Shown: positions 19,643 to 29,145 of the stretch, piece by piece
Position numbering within the stretch: the first letter of the stretch is position 1
Layout of the letters: each line of letters opens with the position of its first letter
Source: Bradymonadia bacterium
GTDB taxonomy: Bacteria; Myxococcota_A; Bradymonadia; UBA7976; UBA1532
Direction of reading: 5' to 3'
DNA: 64,000 nt
NCBI GenBank assembly: GCA_046290225.1
Contig: JBKAGE010000040.1
Coordinates: 32,001 to 96,000 of the forward strand
Translations under genes and position numbers: made by a program
Notes under the pieces: generated by a model
What the model saw: the letters and a program-made list of their open reading frames with translations, nothing else
Told to the model about the DNA's origin: nothing
Databases searched by the model: none

Positions 19643-20236
19643 TCACCTCGTCATGAAGTAGAAGATCAACGCCCCGATGGCCACACCGGCCAACAACCCC
19701 ACGAACAGTATCGAAGAGCTGTTCGAAGCGGCGGGCTGCGATGCTGCGGGTGTTGAAGGGGTGGCGGCCGCTGGCGCAGAGGCCGCGCCGGACTCGGCCT
19801 GCTCCCGCTCCCGCTCAGCCTGCTCTCGGAACTTCTGCAACTCATTCGCAGACAGAGAGGTGGTGGCGATGGGGCTGCGCCGAGGTTTAGTGGCCACAGG
19901 CTCTGCAGGAGTTGCAGGAATCAAAGTGTCAGTGGACGGGCCGGCGCTGGGGTTGAACACGACTGTGAACTTGCCCAACTGCACGTGATCATTCTCGGCG
20001 AGACGCCACCGTTTCACAGGCTCGCCGTTGGCGAACATGCCATTGCCGCTGCCCAGATCGCTGATGATGAAATCAGCGCCATCGAACTCCACGGCGGCGT
20101 GGGCCCGAGAGATGGCGGGGTTGTCGATGACGATGTCTTGATCTTCATCGCGCCCAATGGTGGTGACCACCTTGGTGATGGGCGTACGCTTGATCTCTCG
20201 ATCCTGCATTTTGATGATCAACTCTGCCATCTGCAT
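19643..20236 (-). CDS. FHA-domain protein with C-terminal membrane anchor
   Basis: IGR...ISRAHA...DLGSGNG FHA motifs; C-terminal TM; AAGGAG RBS. Confidence 0.88.
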   Translation of the reverse strand: MQMAELIIKMQDREIKRTPITKVVTTIGRDEDQDIVIDNPAISRAHAAVEFDGADFIISDLGSGNGMFANGEPVKRWRLAENDHVQLGKFTVVFNPSAGPSTDTLIPATPAEPVATKPRRSPIATTSLSANELQKFREQAEREREQAESGAASAPAAATPSTPAASQPAASNSSSILFVGLLAGVAIGALIFYFMTR

Positions 20237-20461
20237 GCACTCCTTGGCGGCAGGATAAACCGACTTTCGAAAAAGCGCACATTTCCGCAGATCTCGACTC
20301 CCTGTGGAAGGGTCTGGAGGATGAAGTGCACGTCTTCGAGACCGTCCATCAGGACGTCACCAAGTGAGCGCGGCCTTGAGTCGTTCTGTCATACTTTGAG
20401 CATTTGCTTTGCGCCTCAGGCTCGCTTGTTTTGAGTGTGGTGGTGGCTTCGTCGGTCGCTC

Positions 20462-20776
20462 CGCTGGCAAGAGAGTTTCGGGCACGGGCACGGGCACGGG
20501 CACGGGCACGAGTTGATTCGGGTGTGGACCCGCGGCCTGCCCTGAACTCAGAACAAAGGTTGTCATTGAAGCTGGGATGCTGCGTTTCAGAACGACCATA
20601 GAGTTCAGTTAATGGAGCGCATTGAGGATCAAAGTCTGCGCTGAGAAGAACGCAGGACCGAGTAGAGCCTCCACCATCACAAGCCTACGAGCGGAGTCAA
20701 GCAGGACCACGGGCCCACACCCGAATCAACTCGTGCCCGTGCCCGTGCCCGTGCCCGAAAACTCTCTTTGCGAGCG
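20462..20776. repeat. MITE-like element: ~85-bp imperfect inverted repeats containing (GGGCAC)5 and (GTGCCC)4 around a ~145-bp core
   Basis: 20462-20549 is the near reverse complement of 20694-20776; shared block CGAGTTGATTCGGGTGTGG. Confidence 0.85.
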
Positions 20777-20847
20777 CAGCGAGTACACACCCAAATCCAT
20801 TGCGGACAGTTCCCCCCTGCTCAACAACCGCACCACCCCTGCCCAGC

Positions 20848-22098
20848 CTAACCCTCCAGCAACCAGTCGAGCACCAGCGCCGCCGTCCACGCGAACCCCT
20901 TTGCGCCGAGCCCTTCACCAGTCAATGGCTGGTAATACTCCCTGAACCCACCCGAGCGGACCAGCTCCGTGGCCTTCTCCCGCACCCCGTCCACATGGGG
21001 CGCCAGCAGCCAGTCGATGTTGATCCAGGTGGGACCACGCCAGTAACGCCGCGCATCGAAGGGTGAAGTGTCAGGTGCCGTGCTCGGGAGCGGGTGAGCG
21101 ACATCATAGCGCGCCGCCAGGCCCGACTTCAGGGCCGCAGTGATCTCATCCGACCAGTCCAACATCAGCGGCACATAGCCACCGATGACATCCACAGTGA
21201 TGGGCGCATCGGCAATCGCGTCGTAATAGATGAAGCGACCCAGATCACTGCGCCAGAGATGATCTCGCAGACCCGCTCGAAGCCGATCAGCACGGGCATC
21301 TGCCTCGGAGGCCAGCTCAGTGAGACCGCACTTCCGGGCCAGCTCGGCGAGATCCTGCTCTCCACGGGCGAGGATCGCAGTCATCAGCGGATCGTAGACC
21401 GCGAAGCCACTCCCAGGGCCGAAACCATCAGCGGCGATGTCGTGCACCATCACCGCATAGCGCTTGTAATCATCATCCGTGGGGCGCTCGCTGGGATCGT
21501 CCACGCGGTCGATGTCCACCCGCTTGAATGCGGGGGCACGACTGGGATCAACCGCCTGCATCGGAGCATCCCAGGCAGGGCAGTTGTCGAGGCCGCTCTC
21601 CCAGGGGTGCACCACCGCCACAGCACCCCAGTTCGAGGGATCGCGGTGCTCGGCGAACCACGTGTGGCTTCGGGCCATGGCGTGCACCAGCGGCGTGAAG
21701 CGCTCGACATCAGGCAGCGACTCGAAGACCTGCAGCGCCGCCGTGGCCCAGATCGGAGGTTGAGTGATGCTGGTGGATCGCTCCGTCTTCCAGAACTCGG
21801 GCCCCGGGAAGTACTCACCGGAGAGATCGTGGAAGTAGATGTGGGGCACCCGGCCATCGGGCCAGGCCCCCTTCATGAGCACCTCGAGCTCCACCAGGGC
21901 CCGATCAGGATCCACGTGACGCCAGCCGATGGCGGCGAAGGCGGAATCCCAGGCCCACTGGTGAGGATACAGGTGGCCCGAGGGGATCGTGTGGCGCCCC
22001 CAGGCGTTGGGGCGATCGTTGTCGCGGAGCACCGCGATGGCGGCCTCGGCGAGGGCTCGATCACCGTCGTTCAAATCACGAAGCGAGCGTTTCGACAT
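20848..22098 (-). CDS. GH63-like (alpha/alpha)6 glycoside hydrolase (glucosyl/mannosylglycerate hydrolase type)
   Basis: YPHQWAWDSAF, TQPP, HPWESGLDN, YWRGPTW, FREYY, FAWTAAL. Confidence 0.88.
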   Translation of the reverse strand: MSKRSLRDLNDGDRALAEAAIAVLRDNDRPNAWGRHTIPSGHLYPHQWAWDSAFAAIGWRHVDPDRALVELEVLMKGAWPDGRVPHIYFHDLSGEYFPGPEFWKTERSTSITQPPIWATAALQVFESLPDVERFTPLVHAMARSHTWFAEHRDPSNWGAVAVVHPWESGLDNCPAWDAPMQAVDPSRAPAFKRVDIDRVDDPSERPTDDDYKRYAVMVHDIAADGFGPGSGFAVYDPLMTAILARGEQDLAELARKCGLTELASEADARADRLRAGLRDHLWRSDLGRFIYYDAIADAPITVDVIGGYVPLMLDWSDEITAALKSGLAARYDVAHPLPSTAPDTSPFDARRYWRGPTWINIDWLLAPHVDGVREKATELVRSGGFREYYQPLTGEGLGAKGFAWTAALVLDWLLEG

Positions 22099-23662
22099 AG
22101 AGCGTGCACACCAGGATGAAGATGAAATATCCGAACAAGAGGGCGTGAGTGCCCAACCATTTACGCTCTTCGGCGAGCACGCCGGAGAGCGAGAGCGTGT
22201 AGGCGTCGGCCTGGGCCTTGGGCACCGGCGGGCGCATATAGCTCAGCAGATTCGTCGCCACAACCGTGACGAAGAGCCCCGTGACGTTCCACCACATCCA
22301 GTAGAGATCGTCTTCGAAGGCCAGCCATAAGAACACGTTGAAGCCCACCCCGGCCACCACCCCGCCGAGTACGCCGAAGGCGTTGGCCCGGCGGCTGAAC
22401 AGCCCGACGAGGAACGCCGCGAGGATGGGCCCGTAGAAGGCCGAGCCCACTTTGTTGATCACCTCGACGATCGTGTCCTGACCACCGAAGAGGAAGGCGC
22501 TGGCAGTGATGATCGCCCCCCAGACGATGGTGGTCATGCGGCCCACCGACAGGCGCTGCTCCGGCTTCAGGGGGTGCAGCTTCTCGATGAAGTCCTGCAT
22601 GGTGGCCGCGGAGAGCGAGTTCAGGGCCGAGTCGAGGCTGGACATGGCCGCGGCGAGCATGGCGGCGAGCAGCACCGCCCGCAGGCCCTCGGGCAGCCGG
22701 TTGAGGATGAACCACGTCACGAGGTTGTCGGGATCACCCCCCACCGCCGCCTGCATGTCGGGGGCGTTGATGTATGCCGCCCCGAGGGCCACGCCGAGGG
22801 CGAGGTAGAGCAGCGTGAGAGGGAACCGGGCGATGCCGTTGAACACCAGGGCCCGGCGGGTGTCGGCCATAGTGGGGGCCGAGAGCTCGCGCTGGGCCTG
22901 GCTCTGATCGACGCCGTAGTACGAGATGTAGAGACACAAACCGCCGATGAGGAAGCCCCAGAACGGCGCCTGGCTGCCGTCGAAGATGCCCGTACCCGGA
23001 TCGTATCCACGCCAGCGCTCTGCAGGCAGGGCCTCCATCACCGCGCCGACGCCGCCCACCTCGTCGACGGCGAGCCAGATGCACGCCACCAGCCCGCCGA
23101 GGAGCACCGCCATCTGAATCACGTCGGAGTACACCACGGCGGTCATGCCCCCGATGGTGTCGTACACCACCGTCACCACCCCGATGATCACAATGGTCTG
23201 CCACAGCTCGATGCCCAGACACACCTGCAGCACCTTGGCGCTGGCGTAGATACCCACGCCGGTGCCCAGGCCTCTGCTGAGCAGGAAGACTGCACTCAGA
23301 AAATATCTGACGCTGGGGCCGAAACGCATCTCGAGATACGCATAGACACTCACCAGTTCGAGCTTTCGGAAGAACGGTAACAGGCACACCATCACCACGA
23401 TCATGGCCAGGGGCACCGCCAGCTCATATTGCAGCCAGGTGAGCCCACCGCCCTCCTTGAGGGCCACGAAGGCAGGAATGCTGATGAAACTGATCACCGA
23501 GGTCTGTGTGGCCATGGTGGAGATGCCCACCGCCCACCAGGGCAGATTTCGACCACCGACGTAGTAGTCCTCGTCGTTTTCCTGCCCTCGCCCCAGATAC
23601 ACGCTCAGGGCCACCATCCCCACCATGTAGGCGACGATGATGCCCCAGTCTAATGTGCTCAT
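22076..23662 (-). CDS. Sodium:solute symporter (SSS family)
   Basis: YYVGGRNLPWW, YLEMRFG, GGMTAVVYSDVIQ, AAAMSSLDS; many TM segments. Confidence 0.92.
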   Translation of the reverse strand: MSTLDWGIIVAYMVGMVALSVYLGRGQENDEDYYVGGRNLPWWAVGISTMATQTSVISFISIPAFVALKEGGGLTWLQYELAVPLAMIVVMVCLLPFFRKLELVSVYAYLEMRFGPSVRYFLSAVFLLSRGLGTGVGIYASAKVLQVCLGIELWQTIVIIGVVTVVYDTIGGMTAVVYSDVIQMAVLLGGLVACIWLAVDEVGGVGAVMEALPAERWRGYDPGTGIFDGSQAPFWGFLIGGLCLYISYYGVDQSQAQRELSAPTMADTRRALVFNGIARFPLTLLYLALGVALGAAYINAPDMQAAVGGDPDNLVTWFILNRLPEGLRAVLLAAMLAAAMSSLDSALNSLSAATMQDFIEKLHPLKPEQRLSVGRMTTIVWGAIITASAFLFGGQDTIVEVINKVGSAFYGPILAAFLVGLFSRRANAFGVLGGVVAGVGFNVFLWLAFEDDLYWMWWNVTGLFVTVVATNLLSYMRPPVPKAQADAYTLSLSGVLAEERKWLGTHALLFGYFIFILVCTLYVETLAS

Positions 23663-23705
23663 ATTTCACTCCGTTACGCGGTTCCCTACCCTGCCTCAAA
23701 GCGGG

Positions 23706-23720
23706 TGACTTTTTAAGTCA
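23706..23720. promoter_or_regulatory. Palindromic putative operator TGACTT-N3-AAGTCA
   Basis: Perfect AT-rich inverted hexamer ~45 bp upstream of the SSS start, overlapping a second palindrome TCAATATTGA. Confidence 0.45.
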
Positions 23721-23827
23721 ATATTGAGCGACAGATGACACCGGCACACATCAACCTCACAGGAGGCAATGCCGAGACATTTTCCATCTGCCCGAGGGAG
23801 ACGGGCCTGATGGACCATGGAGTGTGA

Positions 23828-24949
23828 ATGTTCCGCACGCTGTCGATTTGTTTGACGACCCTGATCGCCACCACTGCTTGTGCCCCTGAGGACTCCACGA
23901 CAACAGAGACACCGACATCGAACGCCACGGGATCCTCCTTCGAGATCAGCCGGGAAGCGCTGATCAACGGGTTGGACACCTTCGATCGGCCTGAAGCGGG
24001 CTTCATCGATCTCAGCGGTGGGCTGTGCACTGCCACCTTGATTCGCCCCAACGTGGTGCTCACCGCCGCCCACTGCATCGACTATCAATCGGGCGAAGCG
24101 CGGCCAGGGCGCACCCTCGGCGCCTTCATCATCGAACGGGGCCCCAGCGAGGGCTACGGCTTCCCCATCGACGCCTTCGCGAGCTTTGGCGGGGATCTCG
24201 GCCGTCGTGACGTGGCGCTGCTTCGCCTCGCTCAGCCTGTGCCGCCACAAATCGCCACGCCCACCGCCATTGCCACCCGGGGTGCCCGAGGCGGCGAGTC
24301 CGTCGAGTGGTATGGCTATGGGTGTGGCAATCGCCGCTTCGGCGGTGACGCCCGCACCGGCACCAAGCAGAAGTTGAGCTTCGCGTTCCAGCAAAGCGCC
24401 AACAGCTGCCCGGGTGACTCTGGTGGCCCCACCTTTTTTGGTGAGAATGGCCCTGTGTTTCGCGTGACCAGTGGTTACTTCGGTGGCTCGGGCATCGACA
24501 TCTTCGGTGATCCCACCCTCATCAAAGATCAGCTCGACGCCCTCGCCGATGATTGGGCCGCTCGGGCCGAACCGCCAGCCCCAGGCGCCGACGAGCCCGT
24601 GGAGTCGCCTGAAGGTCCCGAGCAAGCTCAGATCCTCCAAGCTGTCACCGACAATCAACTGGTGTACGTCGAGTGGGCCGACACCGACGACGCCGATTAC
24701 GCCCAGGTCTTGATCGTGCTCGACGAGGCGGGCGGGGTGGGCACCTTCATCTACGAGATCAACGGCGGAGAGCGCACCGACGAGGGCAACCTCTTCGGGT
24801 TCTTCCGCGTGAGCGCGCTCTGCACCGCCATCGACGAGGCCGACCTCGGTGATGGCCCTCATCGCGTGGTGGCCCAGGTCTGGCCCGGCGTCGACCAGGA
24901 GCGCGCCGACGGCCAGCTGCTCAACCAGACCATCGACTGCGCACCCTGA
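23828..24949 (+). CDS. Trypsin-like (S1) serine protease lipoprotein
   Basis: Lipobox TTAC; CTATLI...LTAAHC; DVALL; CPGDSGGP. Confidence 0.9.
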   Translation: MFRTLSICLTTLIATTACAPEDSTTTETPTSNATGSSFEISREALINGLDTFDRPEAGFIDLSGGLCTATLIRPNVVLTAAHCIDYQSGEARPGRTLGAFIIERGPSEGYGFPIDAFASFGGDLGRRDVALLRLAQPVPPQIATPTAIATRGARGGESVEWYGYGCGNRRFGGDARTGTKQKLSFAFQQSANSCPGDSGGPTFFGENGPVFRVTSGYFGGSGIDIFGDPTLIKDQLDALADDWAARAEPPAPGADEPVESPEGPEQAQILQAVTDNQLVYVEWADTDDADYAQVLIVLDEAGGVGTFIYEINGGERTDEGNLFGFFRVSALCTAIDEADLGDGPHRVVAQVWPGVDQERADGQLLNQTIDCAP

Positions 24950-24958
24950 GCGCTCGGA

Positions 24959-26542
24959 TCACACTGGCGGCAGGGTGATCGACCAAATCGATGCACCCTC
25001 TCGATCTCGCAGTGTCACCGTCATGACCTTGCTCTGGGGTTCGATCTCCACCTCACCGAAGAATTGCAGCCCTGCCGACGGCGACAGGTTCTTGATGGCC
25101 CCTGCCGCTTTCTGAAACCTCACCTCAGGGCCAAAGGTCGGATCGAGATCGTTGGGGCCGAAGGTGCCCGCATGGAGCGGCCCGGCGACGAACTCCCAGA
25201 AGGGTTCGAAGTCCACCCCCTGCCCGCGACTCGGATCATAATGATGGGCTGCGGCGTAGTGCACGTCGGCGGTGAGCCACACCACGTTCTTCACCCCAGC
25301 GGCCTTCATCTCCGTGAGCAGCGCGGCGAGCTCCAGCTCCCGCCCCTTCGGGGTACCCGGCTCCGCGTTGGCCACCCCTTCGAATGCCGTGTCGCCATGC
25401 CTGATCACCACACCCACGGGGTTGCCCACGGAGATGATCTTCCACGTGGCCCGCGAGGCCTTCAGCTGCTGCACGAGCCAGCGGCGCTGCTCGGCCCCCA
25501 GCCACTGGGTGTAGTCGCCTTGGACGGTTTGGGTGTTGTGGGTACTGCGCCCTCGGTGGCTGCGGTTGTCGAGCACGAAGACCTCAGCGAGAGGCCCAAG
25601 GGGCACCACACGGTAAATGCGCTCAGGATCCACAGCAGACCAGCGCAGAGGTGTGTACTCCACGAGGGCCCGCCGCGCCCGCGCACGGAGCAACTGCATA
25701 CTGCGCACGGTGGGGTAGTGCGCTGTGCTGCGCCAGATCTCTCCACATGGGTGCCAGTCGTTGGTGATCTCGTGATCGTCCCAGGTGATGATCTGCGGCA
25801 CCTGTGCGTTGAAGCGCCTCAGGTGATCGTCCATGAAGTTGTATCGATAGCGGCCCCGAAACTCGTCGAGGGTCTCCGCAGCCTTCGAGGTGGCTTCGGT
25901 GACGATGTTGCGCCACACCCCACCTTCGGGCAGCTGAACCCGCTCGGGGATCGGCACGTCGGCATACATCATGTCGCCACAGTGCACGAAGACGTCGGGA
26001 TCACGCTCAGCCATGGCATCGAAGATGCGATAGCCACCCGCCTCGGGGCTGATGCCGTATCCCTGCCCTGCGATGTCGCCACCCCACACAAGGCGCAGAG
26101 GCTTCGACGGTAACCCCCCAAGCCGCTCTGGCGTACGAAACCGCCCCTTCATCGGGGCGCTCACGGTCTTCAAATCAGCGAGATCTTCACACCAGAGTTC
26201 ATAAAAGACCTGCTGGCCCGGCCGCAGCTGCTTCAAATCGAGGCGCCCGGTGAAGTCGCTCGCCGAGAGCACCTCGGGCCCCGCCACCGTCACCGCGTCG
26301 GCCATGGATTCGGTGTAGGCATACCGCAGCCTCAGTCGCGCCGGACGATCGGCCCGAGCCCACAACACAGCTCGATCGGGCCCCACATCCCCCGATTGCA
26401 CACCATCAGGCAACATCGGCCTGCCGGTGATCACCCCAGGGGCTTGCCGGCGCATCAGTACCCCAGCGAGGGCGGTCCCGCCGGCCACGCCAGCGGCCAG
26501 TGACACACCATGTCGCAGAAACGTTCGCCGATCTGAACTCAT
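24959..26542 (-). CDS. phoD: Alkaline phosphatase D family protein (Tat-exported)
   Basis: DRRTFL Tat motif; GVQSGD; HCGDMMYAD; WDDHE; LTADVHY; AGPLHAG. Confidence 0.9.
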   Translation of the reverse strand: MSSDRRTFLRHGVSLAAGVAGGTALAGVLMRRQAPGVITGRPMLPDGVQSGDVGPDRAVLWARADRPARLRLRYAYTESMADAVTVAGPEVLSASDFTGRLDLKQLRPGQQVFYELWCEDLADLKTVSAPMKGRFRTPERLGGLPSKPLRLVWGGDIAGQGYGISPEAGGYRIFDAMAERDPDVFVHCGDMMYADVPIPERVQLPEGGVWRNIVTEATSKAAETLDEFRGRYRYNFMDDHLRRFNAQVPQIITWDDHEITNDWHPCGEIWRSTAHYPTVRSMQLLRARARRALVEYTPLRWSAVDPERIYRVVPLGPLAEVFVLDNRSHRGRSTHNTQTVQGDYTQWLGAEQRRWLVQQLKASRATWKIISVGNPVGVVIRHGDTAFEGVANAEPGTPKGRELELAALLTEMKAAGVKNVVWLTADVHYAAAHHYDPSRGQGVDFEPFWEFVAGPLHAGTFGPNDLDPTFGPEVRFQKAAGAIKNLSPSAGLQFFGEVEIEPQSKVMTVTLRDREGASIWSITLPPV

Positions 26543-26548
26543 GCATAC

Positions 26549-27751
26549 CTACTGAGCGAAAAAGGCTTTGATCTCGTCGCGGTGGCGTCGAGCAGTCTCC
26601 TGGCCGAGGGCCACCAGACGGCGGGTATAGCCTCGATCGAAGAGCAGATACGAGGCCAGCCCACCGAGGGCATGAAAGTCACCGCGGGCCATGAGCTTCA
26701 ACGCCCGATGCCATCGCCAGCCCAGGGCGACTTTGCTCTCGGCGCTCTGCAAAAATCGAGTCGCCTCTTCAGCAGGCCCTCGATCTTCAGGGGGCTGCAA
26801 CACCAGCACCTTCGCGGGGCGATACCGCTCTCCCCTGCGGCGGAGCGCCACAATGTCGTGAAAGCGTTGTGCCATCTCAGGGCTCAGGGCCCCCTCCACG
26901 TCGGCGAGTAGCTGATTGAGGCGAGCCACCATGTGCAGATCCCCCTGCATCCCGTCGACGAGCAGCGCATCGAGTAAGCGCCCGGCGAGATAGAGCGGGT
27001 TGGCATAGGCCGCTTCGTTTTTCTGCACCGCGTCGCGGCGGCTCTCTCGGTGCAACGAGACCACCACCAACCGATCCACCCCCGCACGCAACGCGGGGGC
27101 GATGGGTGTGTTCAGCCGCACCCCACCGTCGACATAGTGCGCACCGCTGACCAGATGTGGCGGAAACACCAGAGGCATCGCCGAAGACGCACGCACATGA
27201 TCAGGGCCGATCACGCAGTCTTTGATGGAGAGCCGATCGTTGTGATTGTTCAGCGGTTTCTGCCCTGCACCGCGCTGTACGAAGACATGGGTACGCCCTG
27301 TGCCCACGTGCAGGGCAGGCACGATGAGGGCCTGGAGCAACCCCGAGTCACAGTGCCTCTGCACACCGGCCCAGGGCACCTCTCCCTCGATGATGCGCGC
27401 CACAGGCCCGGGGTCGAGCATCGAGGGCATCCGCCCCCGACCAGCTCGCAACCCACCTGACAACCCCAACAAGGTCGCGATGCCCCGAAAATCAGGCCGC
27501 ACCATCTGTCGCATCGAGGGCGTGGTGCACCACATCTGCGCCAGCGCATCCGCCCCCATGTCACCGCGGTCGAGCTGTCCTGCCAGAAACGCCGCATTGA
27601 GCGCACCCACCGAGGTGCCCGAGAACACACAGAATGGCGCCGAGTCTCCAGCCCGCAGCCCCAGCGCCTCCACCAGCCCCTGAAGCACCCCTGCTTCATA
27701 GGCCCCACGAGCCCCACCACCAGAAAGAACGAGCGCAGTCCGTAGAGTCAT
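26549..27751 (-). CDS. Patatin-like phospholipase
   Basis: LSGGGARGAY, GTSVG nucleophile, DGG. Confidence 0.9.
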   Translation of the reverse strand: MTLRTALVLSGGGARGAYEAGVLQGLVEALGLRAGDSAPFCVFSGTSVGALNAAFLAGQLDRGDMGADALAQMWCTTPSMRQMVRPDFRGIATLLGLSGGLRAGRGRMPSMLDPGPVARIIEGEVPWAGVQRHCDSGLLQALIVPALHVGTGRTHVFVQRGAGQKPLNNHNDRLSIKDCVIGPDHVRASSAMPLVFPPHLVSGAHYVDGGVRLNTPIAPALRAGVDRLVVVSLHRESRRDAVQKNEAAYANPLYLAGRLLDALLVDGMQGDLHMVARLNQLLADVEGALSPEMAQRFHDIVALRRRGERYRPAKVLVLQPPEDRGPAEEATRFLQSAESKVALGWRWHRALKLMARGDFHALGGLASYLLFDRGYTRRLVALGQETARRHRDEIKAFFAQ

Positions 27752-27895
27752 GATCCGACTCTACTCCAAGTCATTGAATCTTGTGCTCCACATCCCTCAA
27801 ACCTGGAACCCACCTCAAACCAAACCCACATCAGGCCTCGCCCACTCAAACCGAACTCACATCAAACCGAACCCGCATCAGGCCGAGCCCGCGGA

Positions 27896-28053
27896 GGGGC
27901 GTCAGCCACGGGAGTGGTCGACTGAGTCGTGAGGTGTGGTGTGTGAGTGGCGGCTCACACCGGAGGCGTAGCCAAAGGCTACGTCGAGGATTGAGACGCC
28001 GCTCAGACGCCGCAGATCGCGGCTCAGGCGGCCGCTCACGGGGCTGACGCCCC
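27896..28053. repeat. ~158-nt imperfect palindrome (long hairpin) with inner hairpin CGTAGCC-AAA-GGCTACG
   Basis: GGGGCGTCAGCC at 27896 pairs with GGCTGACGCCCC ending at 28053. Many arm differences are G-U compatible. Confidence 0.8.
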
Positions 28054-28058
28054 GGAGC

Positions 28059-29084
28059 TCAGAGGACGTTGAAGGTCGCGGAGAGGAGCAGGCCGTTGGT
28101 GACCTGCCAGTCGCGGACGATGAGGGGAATGCGGCGGGCCTGGAGCACGTAATCGAGGGAGGCCCACTTCGAGAGCTTCACCGCCAGCTTGGCGTTGAGC
28201 TCGGTGTTGAGCAGCTCGGCGCCTTCCAGATCAGTGTCCACGCTGGTGATGATGGGGTAGAGCAGGTTTGCAGAGAGGGTGTAGCTCACCTGCTCCGTGA
28301 GGGCGCCCGTGGCCTCTGCCTCGATCTCGGCACCGACCTGATTCGTCGACTCGATCTCAGTCACGGTGATTTGCTTGTCGTTGCCGTCGGCAGCATCAGT
28401 CTCGTCGGTGATTGCGAAGCCGCCCTGCGACACGATTTGCTGAGCACCAGCACCGAGCGTGGCCGTGAAGCGGATCGACTTCTCGTCAACCGGGCGGCCG
28501 AAGAGACCTGCGGACTCCCTGAGCAGCATCGGCTCGAAGGCGCTGGTGAGCTTGATGCGGCGGCCAGGACCCAGATCAGCCTGGTTGACGTCGCCGACGA
28601 CATCCACCTGCTCACCGCGGATCAGGTACCCGTTGAGAGCCTGCGTCTGCAGGCGACCACGAGCGAAGGGGCCGAGCCAGTCGATGCTTTCCAAGCGGTA
28701 GAGGTACATCGAGGTGATCTCGAGGTTGTCTGCCGTCTTCACAAAGGGGTCGATGCTCGGCGTCTTCGTCTGCTGGTGGTTCAAGGCCAGCTTGTTGTTC
28801 CACTCGTGCTGGCCCGACTTGAGGGAGGCCTCACCATTGATCAACAGCCCGACCTGGTAGGTGGTGCCGTCCACAGCACCGACCACGTTGCTGCTCGAGT
28901 TCACCGAGATGTTGCTGCCCACCTCGAGGCGGAACTTCCAGCCTTCGGCGTTGGCGGCCTCGTCGGTGGCGGCGGTCATCTTGTCCACCACCTCCTGGCC
29001 CTTGATGTAGTCCTCGGTCTGTGCCAGCGCATGCCCGCCGGAGAGCACCCCGAAGGCTGTGATGATTGCTGCAACGCGCTTCAT
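28059..29084 (-). CDS. Outer-membrane beta-barrel protein (DUF3078/DUF481-like)
   Basis: Signal peptide ending AHALA-type; alternating beta-strand pattern; GAGGAG RBS; follows mscS on the same strand. Confidence 0.65.
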   Translation of the reverse strand: MKRVAAIITAFGVLSGGHALAQTEDYIKGQEVVDKMTAATDEAANAEGWKFRLEVGSNISVNSSSNVVGAVDGTTYQVGLLINGEASLKSGQHEWNNKLALNHQQTKTPSIDPFVKTADNLEITSMYLYRLESIDWLGPFARGRLQTQALNGYLIRGEQVDVVGDVNQADLGPGRRIKLTSAFEPMLLRESAGLFGRPVDEKSIRFTATLGAGAQQIVSQGGFAITDETDAADGNDKQITVTEIESTNQVGAEIEAEATGALTEQVSYTLSANLLYPIITSVDTDLEGAELLNTELNAKLAVKLSKWASLDYVLQARRIPLIVRDWQVTNGLLLSATFNVL

Positions 29085-29145
29085 AATCCACTCCTCAAAT
29101 GCGCCCGATGTGTCACGTGACGCCATCTTCCACTCAAATGTGTGT

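Noticed and set aside
20357..20945. Small ORFs encoding VPVPVP or ARARAR
   Set aside because: These are translations of the GGGCAC microsatellite in the inverted-repeat element, with no other coding evidence.
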